Origin: an uncultured delta proteobacterium
Lineage (GTDB): Bacteria; Myxococcota_A; Polyangia; Polyangiales; B10-G4
Direction: 5' to 3'
DNA length: 64,000 nt
NCBI GenBank assembly: GCA_963727445.1
Contig: CAVSGI010000009.1
Location: forward strand, 864,001 to 928,000
Shown here: positions 1 to 10,015 of the stretch, one piece after another
How positions within the stretch are numbered: the first letter of the stretch is position 1
How the letters are laid out: each line of letters begins with the position of its first letter
Notes under the pieces: generated by a model
What the model was told of the DNA's origin: nothing
The model's input: the letters and a program-made list of their open reading frames with translations, nothing else
Database searches by the model: none
Position numbers and translations under genes: made by a program

Positions 1-1
1 A

Positions 2-577
2 TCCCACGAAGCCCCGCCGCTCTCCGTGGACCTCGGTCTGAGCGCCTGGGGCTCGGGGGTGATGGCCGACGCTGACCCGCCCTACACCCCGCCCTCCCTG
101 ACGGCGGAGCTCCGGTACCAGGCGCCACAGAGCGCCCTCGGGTGGGGGTCGGTCGACCTCTCCGCCCACCCGGAGGACCACGAGATCCGCGTGAGCGTGA
201 TGCTCGGCGCCCCCGTCGCCGGCGCCCGCTGGGAACACTGCAAAGAGCTCCACATGCGTGTGGACGGTGAGGAGACGAAGCACCCGACGCGCTACAGCGG
301 GGTGCCGATGGACGGGGGCGGCGTCTACGACGCGGTCAGCGTCGAGCTGACCATCGACGACGTGCGCCGCATGTCCCGGGGCCGCGACGTTCACCTGGGG
401 CTCTGCGGAGATGTGCTGAGCCTCCCCGCCGCCGAGCGCGCCTCGCTTTCGAGCTTCGTCCGGCGCTTCGAGGAGATGGCGACCTATGACGGGCCGCCTC
501 CGCCGAAGCCGCCCCGCGAGCTGGACGGAGAGCCCGAGGGCGCCGAAGACGAGCCGGCGCCACCGATCGCCGCCTGA
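2..577 (+). CDS. Hypothetical protein, probably 5'-truncated by the window edge
   Basis: Frame is open back to base 2; high-GC codon usage; Pro/Glu-rich C-terminus. Confidence 0.6.
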   Translation, partial: SHEAPPLSVDLGLSAWGSGVMADADPPYTPPSLTAELRYQAPQSALGWGSVDLSAHPEDHEIRVSVMLGAPVAGARWEHCKELHMRVDGEETKHPTRYSGVPMDGGGVYDAVSVELTIDDVRRMSRGRDVHLGLCGDVLSLPAAERASLSSFVRRFEEMATYDGPPPPKPPRELDGEPEGAEDEPAPPIAA

Positions 578-633
578 ACCTGGCGAGGCACGTGCCCATT
601 GAAATTGAAGCCCGGGCGGCTAACTCTCCCGCC

Positions 634-1080
634 ATGGAGCGCTTCCGGAACATCCTCATCGCCACCGACTTCTCCGCTGCTTCGGAGCTCGCCGTCCAGG
701 CGGCGCCGATGATCGAGGGAGGCGAGGGCACGCGGGCGACGCTGGTTCACGTGGTGAACACGCCGGTCCTCGACCCGGGCGACGTCAATCAGACGGTCCA
801 GCAGGCGAAGGAGCTCGAGACCGCGATCCACGAGCATCTCGACCGCATGCAGTCGCAGCTCGAAGGCAAGATCCCGAGCGTGAAGACCGCGGTCGTGCGG
901 AGCGCCAACGCCGCCGACGCCATCTGTGAGCTCGCCACCGACGAGCACATGGATCTCATCATCCTGGGCACGACCGGGCTGACGGGCGTCGCCCGCTTCC
1001 TCATCGGGAGCGTGGCCGAGCGTGTCGTCCGCCACGCACCCTGCCCGGTGCTGGTGATGCGCGAGCGCAAGAACGCCTGA
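634..1080 (+). CDS. Universal stress protein (UspA family)
   Basis: ILIATDFS at N-terminus; DLIILGTTG...IGSVAERVVRHAPCPVLV at C-terminus. Confidence 0.93.
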   Translation: MERFRNILIATDFSAASELAVQAAPMIEGGEGTRATLVHVVNTPVLDPGDVNQTVQQAKELETAIHEHLDRMQSQLEGKIPSVKTAVVRSANAADAICELATDEHMDLIILGTTGLTGVARFLIGSVAERVVRHAPCPVLVMRERKNA

Positions 1081-1306
1081 GGACGGGCGATCCGCCCGCG
1101 GCTTCGGAGGCGCTCAGGAGAGCGATTGCACCAGCATGTGTATCGCCAGCCCGCCACAGGCGAGGATCGCCCAGGTGTCGAGGCTCGACAGCAGCTGGGC
1201 GAAGGTGGCGAGGGCTCGGCGCATGGTTTCACCATGAACACGATGTCTGAAGAATCTCTGACCATCGAGATTTCGCTGCGATCGCGGGCGCGCTATGCTG
1301 CCGCCC

Positions 1307-1822
1307 ATGCATCTTCGCCTCACCATATATGCGTTTGTCGTGACGACCCTCGTCGCTTGCGGAGATGACGGCCGACCCACCGATACCGGGACCGGCGCGG
1401 ACACGGGGACCGGCGCGGACACCGGCGCCGGCTCGGACACCGGGACGGGGAGCGACACGGGCACCGCTGGCGACACGGGCACCGCTGGCGACACGGGCAC
1501 CGCTGGCGACACGGGCACCGCTGGCGACACGGGCACCGCTGGCGACACGGGCACCGGCGGCGACACGGGCACCGGCGGCGACACGGGCACCGCTGGCGAC
1601 GCGTGCACGCCCATCACCACCGACGCCTCGCACATCGGCGACGACTGCGCGGGGGGCGGCAGCTGCCCCTCCGGTTACACCTGTCAGTCCTTCTCCGGCT
1701 TCGTCCTCACCCAGTCCTGCCAGATCCTCTGCGAGTCGGACTGCCAGTGCCCCACCGGCGGCACTTGCACGGAGATCACCGACAAGTCGGCGATGCCCTG
1801 GAAGCAGTGCGTCATCCCGTGA
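1307..1822 (+). CDS. Lipoprotein with GDTGTA repeat linker and Cys-rich C-terminal domain
   Basis: Lipobox TLVAC; tandem GDTGTA/GDTGTG repeats; many Cys. Confidence 0.8.
   Translation: MHLRLTIYAFVVTTLVACGDDGRPTDTGTGADTGTGADTGAGSDTGTGSDTGTAGDTGTAGDTGTAGDTGTAGDTGTAGDTGTGGDTGTGGDTGTAGDACTPITTDASHIGDDCAGGGSCPSGYTCQSFSGFVLTQSCQILCESDCQCPTGGTCTEITDKSAMPWKQCVIP
1380..1600 (+). repeat. In-frame 18-bp tandem repeat (ggcgacacgggcaccgct)n
   Basis: Directly visible tandem array with degenerate 5' units. Confidence 0.9.
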
Positions 1823-1834
1823 AGGGGCCGGCGC

Positions 1835-2413
1835 TCAGGCGAGCGCTCGCGACAGAAGCGTCTTCGCGCGGCCTTCGAGCGTGATGCGCTTTGCTGCGGC
1901 CCGGCCGTCCTCGCTCATCTTCGCCCACGTCTTCTGCAGGATGACGATCACCTTGTCGTCCTCTTTGTCGGCGATGAAGGGCGCGTAGTAGTGGGCGAGG
2001 AACACCAGGCAGGCGACGTCCTCGAGGGTCTGGGCGTCGGCGTCCTTCGAGAGGTTCTTCTTGCGCAGCAGGCTCTTCACCCGCGCGATGCTGTCCTCGT
2101 CGTAGCCCACCGCCGCCATGATCTCCGCGGCGTGCGCGGCGTGGCGCTTCGCGAGCTCGGTGCGCCAGCGGTGATATCCCGCGCGGTCCATGGGGTAGCT
2201 GTCCCGCGGCACCTCGAAGCGGCGGATGTGCTGCGCGCGACACGCGATCGCGAGCGCCTCGTCCGCCTCTGGTCGAAACGCGCTCAGGCGCGCTGACATC
2301 CGCCGCCCGTAGAGCAAGGCCTTCGGCACACGCTCGCCCTCTGCCTCTTCGCTCTCGGGGTCTTCGGCGTTCGCCTCGTCAATCCGCGACAGCGCCTCTT
2401 CGAGACGGCTCAT
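1835..2413 (-). CDS. DUF4202-like protein
   Basis: IDEANAEDP, YGRRMS, RAQHIRRFEVPR, QTLEDVACLVFL and KTWAKMS motifs. Confidence 0.82.
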   Translation of the reverse strand: MSRLEEALSRIDEANAEDPESEEAEGERVPKALLYGRRMSARLSAFRPEADEALAIACRAQHIRRFEVPRDSYPMDRAGYHRWRTELAKRHAAHAAEIMAAVGYDEDSIARVKSLLRKKNLSKDADAQTLEDVACLVFLAHYYAPFIADKEDDKVIVILQKTWAKMSEDGRAAAKRITLEGRAKTLLSRALA

Positions 2414-3060
2414 CGCCGATTCCGGTTCTTGTTGCGGAGCTGCTCGCGGATCGACTCCTGATGCTCGAGCTGCGCGTTCAACCACTGCTCGGGCAGCGCG
2501 ATGAAGCGCCCGCGCACCACGGTCTCGCGGAGGTTGTTGCGGCTGCGAACGGTGGCCTCGAAGCTGCCGCTCACCGACCCTTCGTCTGCGGCTTCGATGG
2601 TGACCAGGCCCTCGGCGCTCCGCAGGTCACCCGAGGGGCCCATCCCGACGGTGACGGTGCACACGTCCGAGTCGCGGCCTGCGTGCTGGGCGCGGGTCTC
2701 GTCGTCGGCGCTCAGGACCGGGTAGCTCCCAGGGACGAAGCCCTCGCCGTAGAAGGTGATCATCACGCCCGTCTCGGCGTCCTCGCCGAGAAGGACCTGG
2801 CTGACCATTCGGCTCCGGCCGAGCTTCGCCACGAGCTGCCGAACGGGATGCTCGAAGCTGGAATCGTCCGCGTTCCAGGTGGGGAACACCACGTTCCCGC
2901 GGCCGCGGGCCGGGGCCTCGACCTCGGAAAGCTCGGGGATCTGAGGCTCGGGAGGCGCCTCGGGCTCACGAGGCGGGGGGACCGGTGGGGGATCCTCCGA
3001 GCAGCCAGCGTAGGAGAGGAGGGCGAAGAGCGAAAACACCCCAAGAGGCAGGCGACGCAT
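2410..3060 (-). CDS. Hypothetical lipoprotein
   Basis: Lipobox YAGC, Pro-rich linker; 4-bp overlap with downstream gene. Confidence 0.7.
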   Translation of the reverse strand: MRRLPLGVFSLFALLSYAGCSEDPPPVPPPREPEAPPEPQIPELSEVEAPARGRGNVVFPTWNADDSSFEHPVRQLVAKLGRSRMVSQVLLGEDAETGVMITFYGEGFVPGSYPVLSADDETRAQHAGRDSDVCTVTVGMGPSGDLRSAEGLVTIEAADEGSVSGSFEATVRSRNNLRETVVRGRFIALPEQWLNAQLEHQESIREQLRNKNRNRR

Positions 3061-3170
3061 GGCCTCTTTAAACCGCATTTACATTCGAGAGGAAACCGTC
3101 AGGCCATACTGACGTGATTCGGTGGTGAAACTGGTCGTTCGACAGAATCGCGCTCGTCGCGACCCTCTGG

Positions 3171-4721
3171 TTGCCCGCGGGGGCCTTCGCCCAGGCTGCC
3201 CAGCCGATGGCGCAACAGAGCGATCAGCCGCTCGAGTCCCGAAGCTGGCACCTGGCGCTCGATCAGGCGATCCCCAAGCTGGACTCCTGCCTGGTGGCCG
3301 AGGAGGCAATCTACGACCTCGGAGCCAGCTGGGAGCGGGTGCTCGGCGAGGCGGACTGGGATCCGATGGCGCGCGAGCCCCGCGCGTGGGTCCGCCACGT
3401 GGGTCCCCATCTGAGGCGGGCATTCTTCAACCGCCGCCTTCCGCCGGACGTGCGGCAGCTCGCGCTGATCCTCCTGGTGGAGACGCAGAACCCCGACATG
3501 CGGCCGGTCTACCGCCGGATGCTCGAGCTCGACCACTGCCCCACCGAGTGGCTCGCGCTCGCCGCGCAGGGCCTGTCGCTCCTCGGAAACCCCGAGGACG
3601 GCGCGGCCGTCGCACGGGCTTTCGTCTCGCGCGTCCCCACAGACGGCCACGCGCCCCGGCCATCGGCGTGGGCGCTCTGCGCCGCCACCGCACGGATGAT
3701 CGGCCCTGGCGAGGTGTCCCCGGAGGTGGCGGACGCGGCCCGACGGCTCTTCCTCTTCGGCCCGCAGCTCGCCGTCCAGAGCTGTATGCCGCTGGTGACG
3801 CGTTTGCCGGATGCCGCGGAGCTCGCTTGCCGCGTGCTCGACGAAGACGGGTGGCCCGAAGCGGTGAGCGATGAGGATCCCCGCAACCACGAGATGCTGC
3901 ACTGGTATGGACGCGGGGGCGCGTTCATCCTCCTCGGTCAGGTCGGTGGGGAGGACGCCCTCAATCGTCTCGCTGCGGGGCTCGCCGAGGATTCGCTGAT
4001 GGCGGCGCCGACGCGCGATGGCGCGGTTCAGGGGCTCGCCGCACGGGCGGGGCCGCGCGCGCGTGCTCTGCTTCGGCAAGCGCTCGCGGATCCCGCGCGC
4101 CGCACGCCCCGCGTGGCCTACGCGCTCCTGCGCCTCGGCGACGAGGAGAGCGCGCCGGTGTTGCGCCGGGTCGCGCTCGAGCCGAGCAGCCTGGTCGAGA
4201 TGCGCATGAGCGCCGCCAACGCTTACACTCTGCTCGCGCCCGGAGCGGCTGGGCTCGCCCGCCGGTGGGAGGAGGGCCTGTCGCGCTCTGCCGACCTCGG
4301 CCCGCCTTTCGAGGCGCTGGACGAGCGCATGGCGCAGATGGTCGGTCGGATGGTGGGCGCCGAGCGCTGCCGCAGCGATTATCGCTGCTGGGCAGAGGCC
4401 CTGAGCGATCCCGATCGGCAGGTCGCGGCGCGTGCCTTCTGGCAGCTCGCCAGGCGCCAGGAGCATTCGCCCGAGGAGGCGGAGGCGCTGGCGGCCATCG
4501 CCGCCGAGACCCTGGCGCGCACGCCGCCCAACACGGAGCACGACGTGGTGGCGGGGGCCATCGCGCTTCTGGCGCGCCTCGACCGCTCGGCCGTTCGGCC
4601 CTGGCTCTCGGTGATCCGGCGCGCGCGGGTCGCATGGGCCGGACGCACCAATCCCATGGGCCTGCCCTTCGACATTCCGCTGGCGCTGGCCGAGCTCGAG
4701 CGCCGACTGCTCCGCATGTAG
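3171..4721 (+). CDS. Hypothetical alpha-helical (HEAT-repeat-like) protein
   Basis: Long ORF with ALADP/ALSDPD helical repeat motifs; start uncertain. Confidence 0.6.
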   Translation: MPAGAFAQAAQPMAQQSDQPLESRSWHLALDQAIPKLDSCLVAEEAIYDLGASWERVLGEADWDPMAREPRAWVRHVGPHLRRAFFNRRLPPDVRQLALILLVETQNPDMRPVYRRMLELDHCPTEWLALAAQGLSLLGNPEDGAAVARAFVSRVPTDGHAPRPSAWALCAATARMIGPGEVSPEVADAARRLFLFGPQLAVQSCMPLVTRLPDAAELACRVLDEDGWPEAVSDEDPRNHEMLHWYGRGGAFILLGQVGGEDALNRLAAGLAEDSLMAAPTRDGAVQGLAARAGPRARALLRQALADPARRTPRVAYALLRLGDEESAPVLRRVALEPSSLVEMRMSAANAYTLLAPGAAGLARRWEEGLSRSADLGPPFEALDERMAQMVGRMVGAERCRSDYRCWAEALSDPDRQVAARAFWQLARRQEHSPEEAEALAAIAAETLARTPPNTEHDVVAGAIALLARLDRSAVRPWLSVIRRARVAWAGRTNPMGLPFDIPLALAELERRLLRM

Positions 4722-4734
4722 TAGGCTCCCGGCC

Positions 4735-5586
4735 GTGATCGGTGCGAGCCGAACGGCCGTCCTCGTGGCTGGCTACCGCGCCCGCGCCTCCGCGCGCGAG
4801 GACGCGATCATCTCCGATCCGTGGGCAGCGCCTCTTTCGGGCGAAGAGGGACGCGCGCTGACCACCCGCTTCGACGGGCCACAGCCGCACCTCGAGCTCT
4901 GGATCGCCGTGCGCACCGCCCACCTCGACGCGCGGATCCGCCACCACACGAAGGGCGCGATCGACCAGGTGGTGATCCTCGGCGCAGGCCTCGACACACG
5001 CGCGGCGCGCCTCGCCTCCGAAGGCGTCGCCTTCTTCGAGGTGGACCACCCGGACACCCAGCGCGAGAAGCTCGCGCGCCTCGCGCGTCTCGATGGATAT
5101 CCCGAGGACGCCGCCGTTTACGTAGGGTGCGATTTCTCGGATCACGCGTCCGACTTCATCACGCGCCTCGACAGTGAGGGCTTCGACCGGCGCGCGCCCG
5201 CGGTCGTCGTCTGGGAGGGCGTGACGCCCTATCTCGAAGAGTCGGCGGTGCGCGCGACCGTTTCTCGCATCGCTCGGGCCTGCCATCCAGAGTCGGTGCT
5301 CCTCTTCGACTTCCTCGGCAAGAACGCGGCGAGGCGCGGGCGCGGCGACGAAGCCGACGAGGACACGCGCACCGCGGTCGACGAGCTCGGAGAACCGCTC
5401 AGGTTCGGAACCAACGACATCATTCCCCTGCTCTACGAGTGCGGCATGCGGCAGATTCACGTTCGCGGCTTCGACGAGCTGGGGCTCGACTACACCGGCA
5501 CCTACGTGCGCGAACGCAAATGGCGTTTTCAGTACCTGGCCGAAGCCAGCGTCGCGCCTTCACCCAGAGCGCGGACTTCGAGATGA
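4735..5586 (+). CDS. SAM-dependent methyltransferase (LCM/TIGR00027-like)
   Basis: QVVILGAGLDTRA, FEVDHP and WEGVTPYL motifs. Confidence 0.9.
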   Translation: MIGASRTAVLVAGYRARASAREDAIISDPWAAPLSGEEGRALTTRFDGPQPHLELWIAVRTAHLDARIRHHTKGAIDQVVILGAGLDTRAARLASEGVAFFEVDHPDTQREKLARLARLDGYPEDAAVYVGCDFSDHASDFITRLDSEGFDRRAPAVVVWEGVTPYLEESAVRATVSRIARACHPESVLLFDFLGKNAARRGRGDEADEDTRTAVDELGEPLRFGTNDIIPLLYECGMRQIHVRGFDELGLDYTGTYVRERKWRFQYLAEASVAPSPRARTSR

Positions 5587-6386
5587 ACCTCACCACGACC
5601 GTCGACGGATACGACGTGACCCTCCGGCGCCTCAGCGGACCGGAGCCGACCCTGGTGCTGATCCACGGCGCGGGGCGCAACCATCTGGCGTGGGACGAGG
5701 TGCTGCCGAAGATCGGCGGCCTCGACCTCGTGATCCCGAGTCTCCCCGGGCGGTGTGGATCGGAGGGCGTGCCCCTTTCGAACGTGGCCGAGGCGGCCCA
5801 GTGGCTGCGCAAGCTCCTGACGAAGATCGGGGTGAAGAAGGTGGTGCTCGCCGGTCACAGCTACGGTGGGGCGGTAGCGCTCGAGTACGCGATCACCGAA
5901 AGGGAGAGCACCGACCCACGCAGCCCCGAGCTGGTGGGCCTCGCCCTGATCAACAGCGGCGCCCGCCTGCGCGTGAAGCAGAGCCTGCTGAGCGAGCTCG
6001 AAGACGCAGCGAACGCCGGCATTCACGTGAACATGGTGGACGAGCTCTATCAGCGCGATTCGGACCCGGCGATCGTGCGCCGGGAAGAGGCGGCGGCGAC
6101 GCGCACGCCTCCAGAGGTCGCGTTGGTGGACTGGCAGGCGGCGAACGCCTTCGATCGCATGGAAGCGCTCGCCGAGGTGAGCGTTCCGACCCTCGTCGTC
6201 GTCGGCACCGAGGACCTGCACACGCCGCCGAAGTACGCCGAGTACCTCGCCGATCACATCGAAGGCGCCACCCTCGAGATCGTCGAAGGCGCCGGGCACA
6301 TGCTGCCCTTCGAGCGCCACGACACCCTCGCTGAAAAGCTGCACGACTTCGTGAAGGGGCTCGAGGACTCGGCCGAAAAGAGCTGA
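5583..6386 (+). CDS. Alpha/beta-fold hydrolase
   Basis: LIHGAG, GHSYGG nucleophile elbow, GAGHM; ATGA overlap with upstream gene. Confidence 0.9.
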   Translation: MNLTTTVDGYDVTLRRLSGPEPTLVLIHGAGRNHLAWDEVLPKIGGLDLVIPSLPGRCGSEGVPLSNVAEAAQWLRKLLTKIGVKKVVLAGHSYGGAVALEYAITERESTDPRSPELVGLALINSGARLRVKQSLLSELEDAANAGIHVNMVDELYQRDSDPAIVRREEAAATRTPPEVALVDWQAANAFDRMEALAEVSVPTLVVVGTEDLHTPPKYAEYLADHIEGATLEIVEGAGHMLPFERHDTLAEKLHDFVKGLEDSAEKS

Positions 6387-6457
6387 GCAAGGTCTCCGGT
6401 CGCGAGTTGCCTACGGACGATCGGCGCATACCTGATCGTCAAACGTTGGAGGCTGCC

Positions 6458-6955
6458 ATGACCGCAGGCGAGATTTGCGTTCGGGAGGTCGTGTTCATCA
6501 CTCCCGGAGAGAACGTGTCCACCGCCGCGCGGCTGATGCACGAGCATCATGTCGGCTGTCTGGTGGTCGTGAAGGACGATGCGAGCGCGCGTACCCCGAT
6601 CGGGATCGTCACCGATCGCGATATCGCGGTTCGAACGATCGGGCGGGGGGTCGAGACGCCCGGCAGAGTGCCGGTGAAAGAGATCATGACGGCCGAACCG
6701 GTGGTCGTCTCGGCCGCCATCTCGGCCCAGGACGCCCTCAAGCGGATGCGGCATCGGGGTGTGCGCCGTGTGCCGGTGGTCGACGAGACCGGAGCCATCG
6801 TCGGCCTCCTCAGCTTCGACGACCTGCTCGAGTGGCTCGCGGTACAGTTCCTCGATCTGTCTCGCGTGCTCTCGCGAGAGCAGCGGATCGAGAAACAGGA
6901 GACGATGCCGCCGGCGATGCAGCGCGTGGCGGGAGGGTCGCGGCCGCGAGGATAG
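6458..6955 (+). CDS. CBS-domain protein
   Basis: Two CBS repeats (GIVTDRDI; RRVPVVD...GLLSFDDL). Confidence 0.9.
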   Translation: MTAGEICVREVVFITPGENVSTAARLMHEHHVGCLVVVKDDASARTPIGIVTDRDIAVRTIGRGVETPGRVPVKEIMTAEPVVVSAAISAQDALKRMRHRGVRRVPVVDETGAIVGLLSFDDLLEWLAVQFLDLSRVLSREQRIEKQETMPPAMQRVAGGSRPRG

Positions 6956-6985
6956 GGTTGTCCCTCACACGACGGCTTCTACGGG

Positions 6986-7207
6986 ATGGATATGCCCGCG
7001 AAGCCGACCCAATCCAACGAGCCCTCTGAGCCCCACCAGCCCGAGTCACCCGAGCGTCATCGATATCGAAAGCACCGTCACAAGCACTACCGGCGACATC
7101 ATCACCTCGACCCGAGCATCGCCATCCCGGAGATCGAGCCACCGGAGATCGATTTCCCCGAGATCGAGCTGCCCGCGGTCGAGCCGGACCGCGAGCCTCA
7201 TCCCTGA
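6986..7207 (+). CDS. Small His/Pro/Glu-rich hypothetical protein
   Basis: Fills the intergenic gap; IPEIEPPEIDFPEIELP repeats; low certainty. Confidence 0.35.
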   Translation: MDMPAKPTQSNEPSEPHQPESPERHRYRKHRHKHYRRHHHLDPSIAIPEIEPPEIDFPEIELPAVEPDREPHP

Positions 7208-8649
7208 AGGCGCGCCGCAGAGGTACCGCGGGAGAGCGACGCCAGCGCCCCCAGCGTCGCGACGGGGATGACCGCGAGGCACACGGTGTGAAAGCCGCGG
7301 GCGAGGGCTTCGGCGTCGGCGCTCCGTGGAACGTGAGCGAGCGTCCCGATGCTTCCATCGGTGACGAAGTGGGCGAGGATGGTGCCGGCGAGCACGATCC
7401 CCGACGACTGTCCGAGGAAGCGGAAGAGGGCGATCAGACCGCTGGCGACGCCGCGATCGCGCGCGGGCGCTGCGTTCATGATGGCGTTGTTGTTCGGCGC
7501 CAGGAAGGAACCGAGGCCCAGACCGATGAGCGCGACGCGCCACAGGACGTTCGGAACGGACGTGCTGGCATCCACCCGTGAAAGCAGACCCGCTGCGCAC
7601 CCCGCGAGGATTAGGCCCATCGTCGTGAGGCCGCGCGACCCGATGCGATCGGAGAGGCGCCCGGCGATGGGGGAGGTCAGCATGATCGAGAGCGGCAGCG
7701 GGAGCATGTAGAGCCCCGCCTGTTCGGTGGTCTGCCCGCGGAGCGCTACCCAATAGAAGGGAAGCGAGAAGACCATCGACACCAGCGACATGGTGCCGAG
7801 CAGCCCGGCGATCTGTCCGGCGACGAAGGGACGGATGGACAGCAGCGCGGGATCGACGATGGGTGCCGGCGCCCGTGACTGCCACCAGGTGAAGGAGGCG
7901 AGGGCGACGACGCCGATCCCGGCGGCCGTGATCGTGGCGCCGTTCGTCCAACCCCACTCGGGGCCACGGCTCACCGCCATCAGTACGCCCACCAGGCCGA
8001 CCAGAAGGAGTGCCGCGCCGAACCAGTCGATGTGGCGCTGTTCGGCGCTCGGCGCGAGCGCGGGGAGCACTCGCCACGCGAGGAGCGAGCCCACGATCGC
8101 CACCGGCACGTTGACCCAGAAGATCGCGTGCCACGACAAGCGCGTCACCAGGAAGCCCCCGAGGACCGGGCCGATCGCCGCCCCGCCGCTGATGAGGATC
8201 GACTGGACGCCCATGGCGACTCCGCGCTTCCCGGCGGGGAAGACGTCACTCAAGATCGCCAGCGTGTTGCTCGTGATCAGCGCCCCGCCGACGGCCTGCG
8301 CCACGCGCGCTCCGATGAGCATGGGGATGCTGCCGCTCGCCGCCGCGAGAAGGCTCGCCGAGCCGAAGGCGCCCAGGCCGACGATGTAGAGGCGCTTGCG
8401 CCCGAAGACGTCGGAGAGCCTGCCCAGGGTCGGCACGAGCCCGATCATCGTCAGCGAGTAGGCGATGACCGTCCACTCGAGGTCCGGCACCGTGGCGTGC
8501 AGGTCCACCGCCATCGTCGGCAGCGCGATGTTCACGATGGTGACGTCCACCACCACCATGAATTGCCCGATCGCGACCGCGAGCAGTGACCACCAAGGGC
8601 TGCGCGAGTCGCCGCTGGTGGGGGCCTGCATGGGGCGGGAGCTTGCCAC
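7198..8649 (-). CDS. MFS transporter, DHA2 (EmrB/QacA) family
   Basis: DVTIVNIALP, GRLSDVFGRKR motif A, WHAIFWVNVP; many hydrophobic segments. Confidence 0.92.
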   Translation of the reverse strand: MASSRPMQAPTSGDSRSPWWSLLAVAIGQFMVVVDVTIVNIALPTMAVDLHATVPDLEWTVIAYSLTMIGLVPTLGRLSDVFGRKRLYIVGLGAFGSASLLAAASGSIPMLIGARVAQAVGGALITSNTLAILSDVFPAGKRGVAMGVQSILISGGAAIGPVLGGFLVTRLSWHAIFWVNVPVAIVGSLLAWRVLPALAPSAEQRHIDWFGAALLLVGLVGVLMAVSRGPEWGWTNGATITAAGIGVVALASFTWWQSRAPAPIVDPALLSIRPFVAGQIAGLLGTMSLVSMVFSLPFYWVALRGQTTEQAGLYMLPLPLSIMLTSPIAGRLSDRIGSRGLTTMGLILAGCAAGLLSRVDASTSVPNVLWRVALIGLGLGSFLAPNNNAIMNAAPARDRGVASGLIALFRFLGQSSGIVLAGTILAHFVTDGSIGTLAHVPRSADAEALARGFHTVCLAVIPVATLGALASLSRGTSAARLQG

Positions 8650-8775
8650 GTGTCACGACGGCCGTGGGTCCCGGGCGCGCTCGCGAAGCGACCATGCTTT
8701 GGGGCTGTTGACACCCGAGAGAGGCATGATTAGCGGTGAATTCAGCCCAGAAACGACACCTGAGAGGTTCGGACC

Positions 8776-9532
8776 ATGGTTCTCGTCACCACGCGACAGC
8801 CATTCATCCCTGCCCCCGTGACCGAGGCCCTCCGCGAGCAGGGCGTCGTCTCGCAGATCGTCGCCAGCGGCAGCACCGACGGCGATCTGATCGACCATGC
8901 CTGGGAGGCGCGACCCTCGCACATCGTCGCCATACCCAGTCTCCCTACCCTCGCAGATGCCCCTCCCATGCCGGGAGACGACGCTCTGCTCGCGGAGGCC
9001 CTCTCGGCGTGCGCTTCGCCGGCTCGGCCGCAACTGATCTGGGTCACGGCCGCCCCAGAGGGGGCGAAGGAGCTCACGGAGATCCGTCGGGCAGGGGTGA
9101 CCTACACCATCGTGCGCGTTGGCCGCGTGGTGCGGCCGAGCGACCTCGTTTCGGTGCCGATTCGGGATACGGAGGTCCTGGTCCCCGCAGATCTCGAGGT
9201 GCCGGAAGAGGGCCTGACGTTCCGTCGCCTCCATCGCGTCTGCGGTTGCCGAAGCGGTCGGGGACGAGGCCCTCGCCGGGCGGACGCTCGATCGTGTCGC
9301 GCGGGGCGAAGACGCCTGGATGCGCGTCGTGGAGAGCCACGGTGCTCGCGCGCGCGGCGTCAGCCGCGGCCGCGCGCGGTGGTCACGCTTCTGGGGCGGG
9401 CGCGTGTTGGCGCTCGCCGACGCTCGAAACACGACGAGGGCCCCGGCCGAGGCCGGGGTGGCCCCCGGCCCCGCTCTCGGGTCACCTGTGCTTTCGACCG
9501 AGGAGCACGTCGAAACGAGGGCCGGGGCGTGA
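8776..9532 (+). CDS. Hypothetical (degenerate NAD(P)-binding/NmrA-like) protein, frameshifted near 9220
   Basis: GVTYTIVRVG motif; plausible reading continues in the frame of ORF 9320..9532 after an extra T. Confidence 0.5.
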
Positions 9533-9561
9533 ATCGACCGCGAACGAGAAAGGAGGAAACG

Positions 9562-10002
9562 ATGGAGAGCTTGGTAGGACTCGACTGGTCGGAGTTGGCG
9601 AAAGGGACGATCGCGCCGGTGGGCGATTGGGCGATTGACGGTGGGCCCCCACCTCTGGACGAGGCCCTCGCGGAGCTCGACGAAGCGGTCTACGCAGAGC
9701 CGGATCGCGTTCGCACGCTCCTGGTCGCCGTCGAGGAGGCCATCGCCGAGCACCTCTCGTCGATGAGCACGGCCGAGCCGTACCTCGACGTGGCCCTGTC
9801 GACGGGCCGCCATGCCCGGCGCCTCGAGCGGGTGCGTGAGCGCTACGCGTCGCTCGCGGAGGAGTGCGAACGCCTGCGCGAGAGCGAATCGCTCACGCTC
9901 CACGGCGTTCGCAAGCTCAGCGCGCGAATCGCGAAGCTCCAACAAGAGGAGAGTGATCTCATCCTCGAAGCGTTGTGGACCGACGTGGGGGCGGTGGACT
10001 GA
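9562..10002 (+). CDS. Hypothetical helical protein (possibly hemerythrin-like fold)
   Basis: Strong AGGAGG SD before ATG 9562; amphipathic helices. Confidence 0.65.
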   Translation: MESLVGLDWSELAKGTIAPVGDWAIDGGPPPLDEALAELDEAVYAEPDRVRTLLVAVEEAIAEHLSSMSTAEPYLDVALSTGRHARRLERVRERYASLAEECERLRESESLTLHGVRKLSARIAKLQQEESDLILEALWTDVGAVD

Positions 10003-10015
10003 GGGCGTCCTCGGC

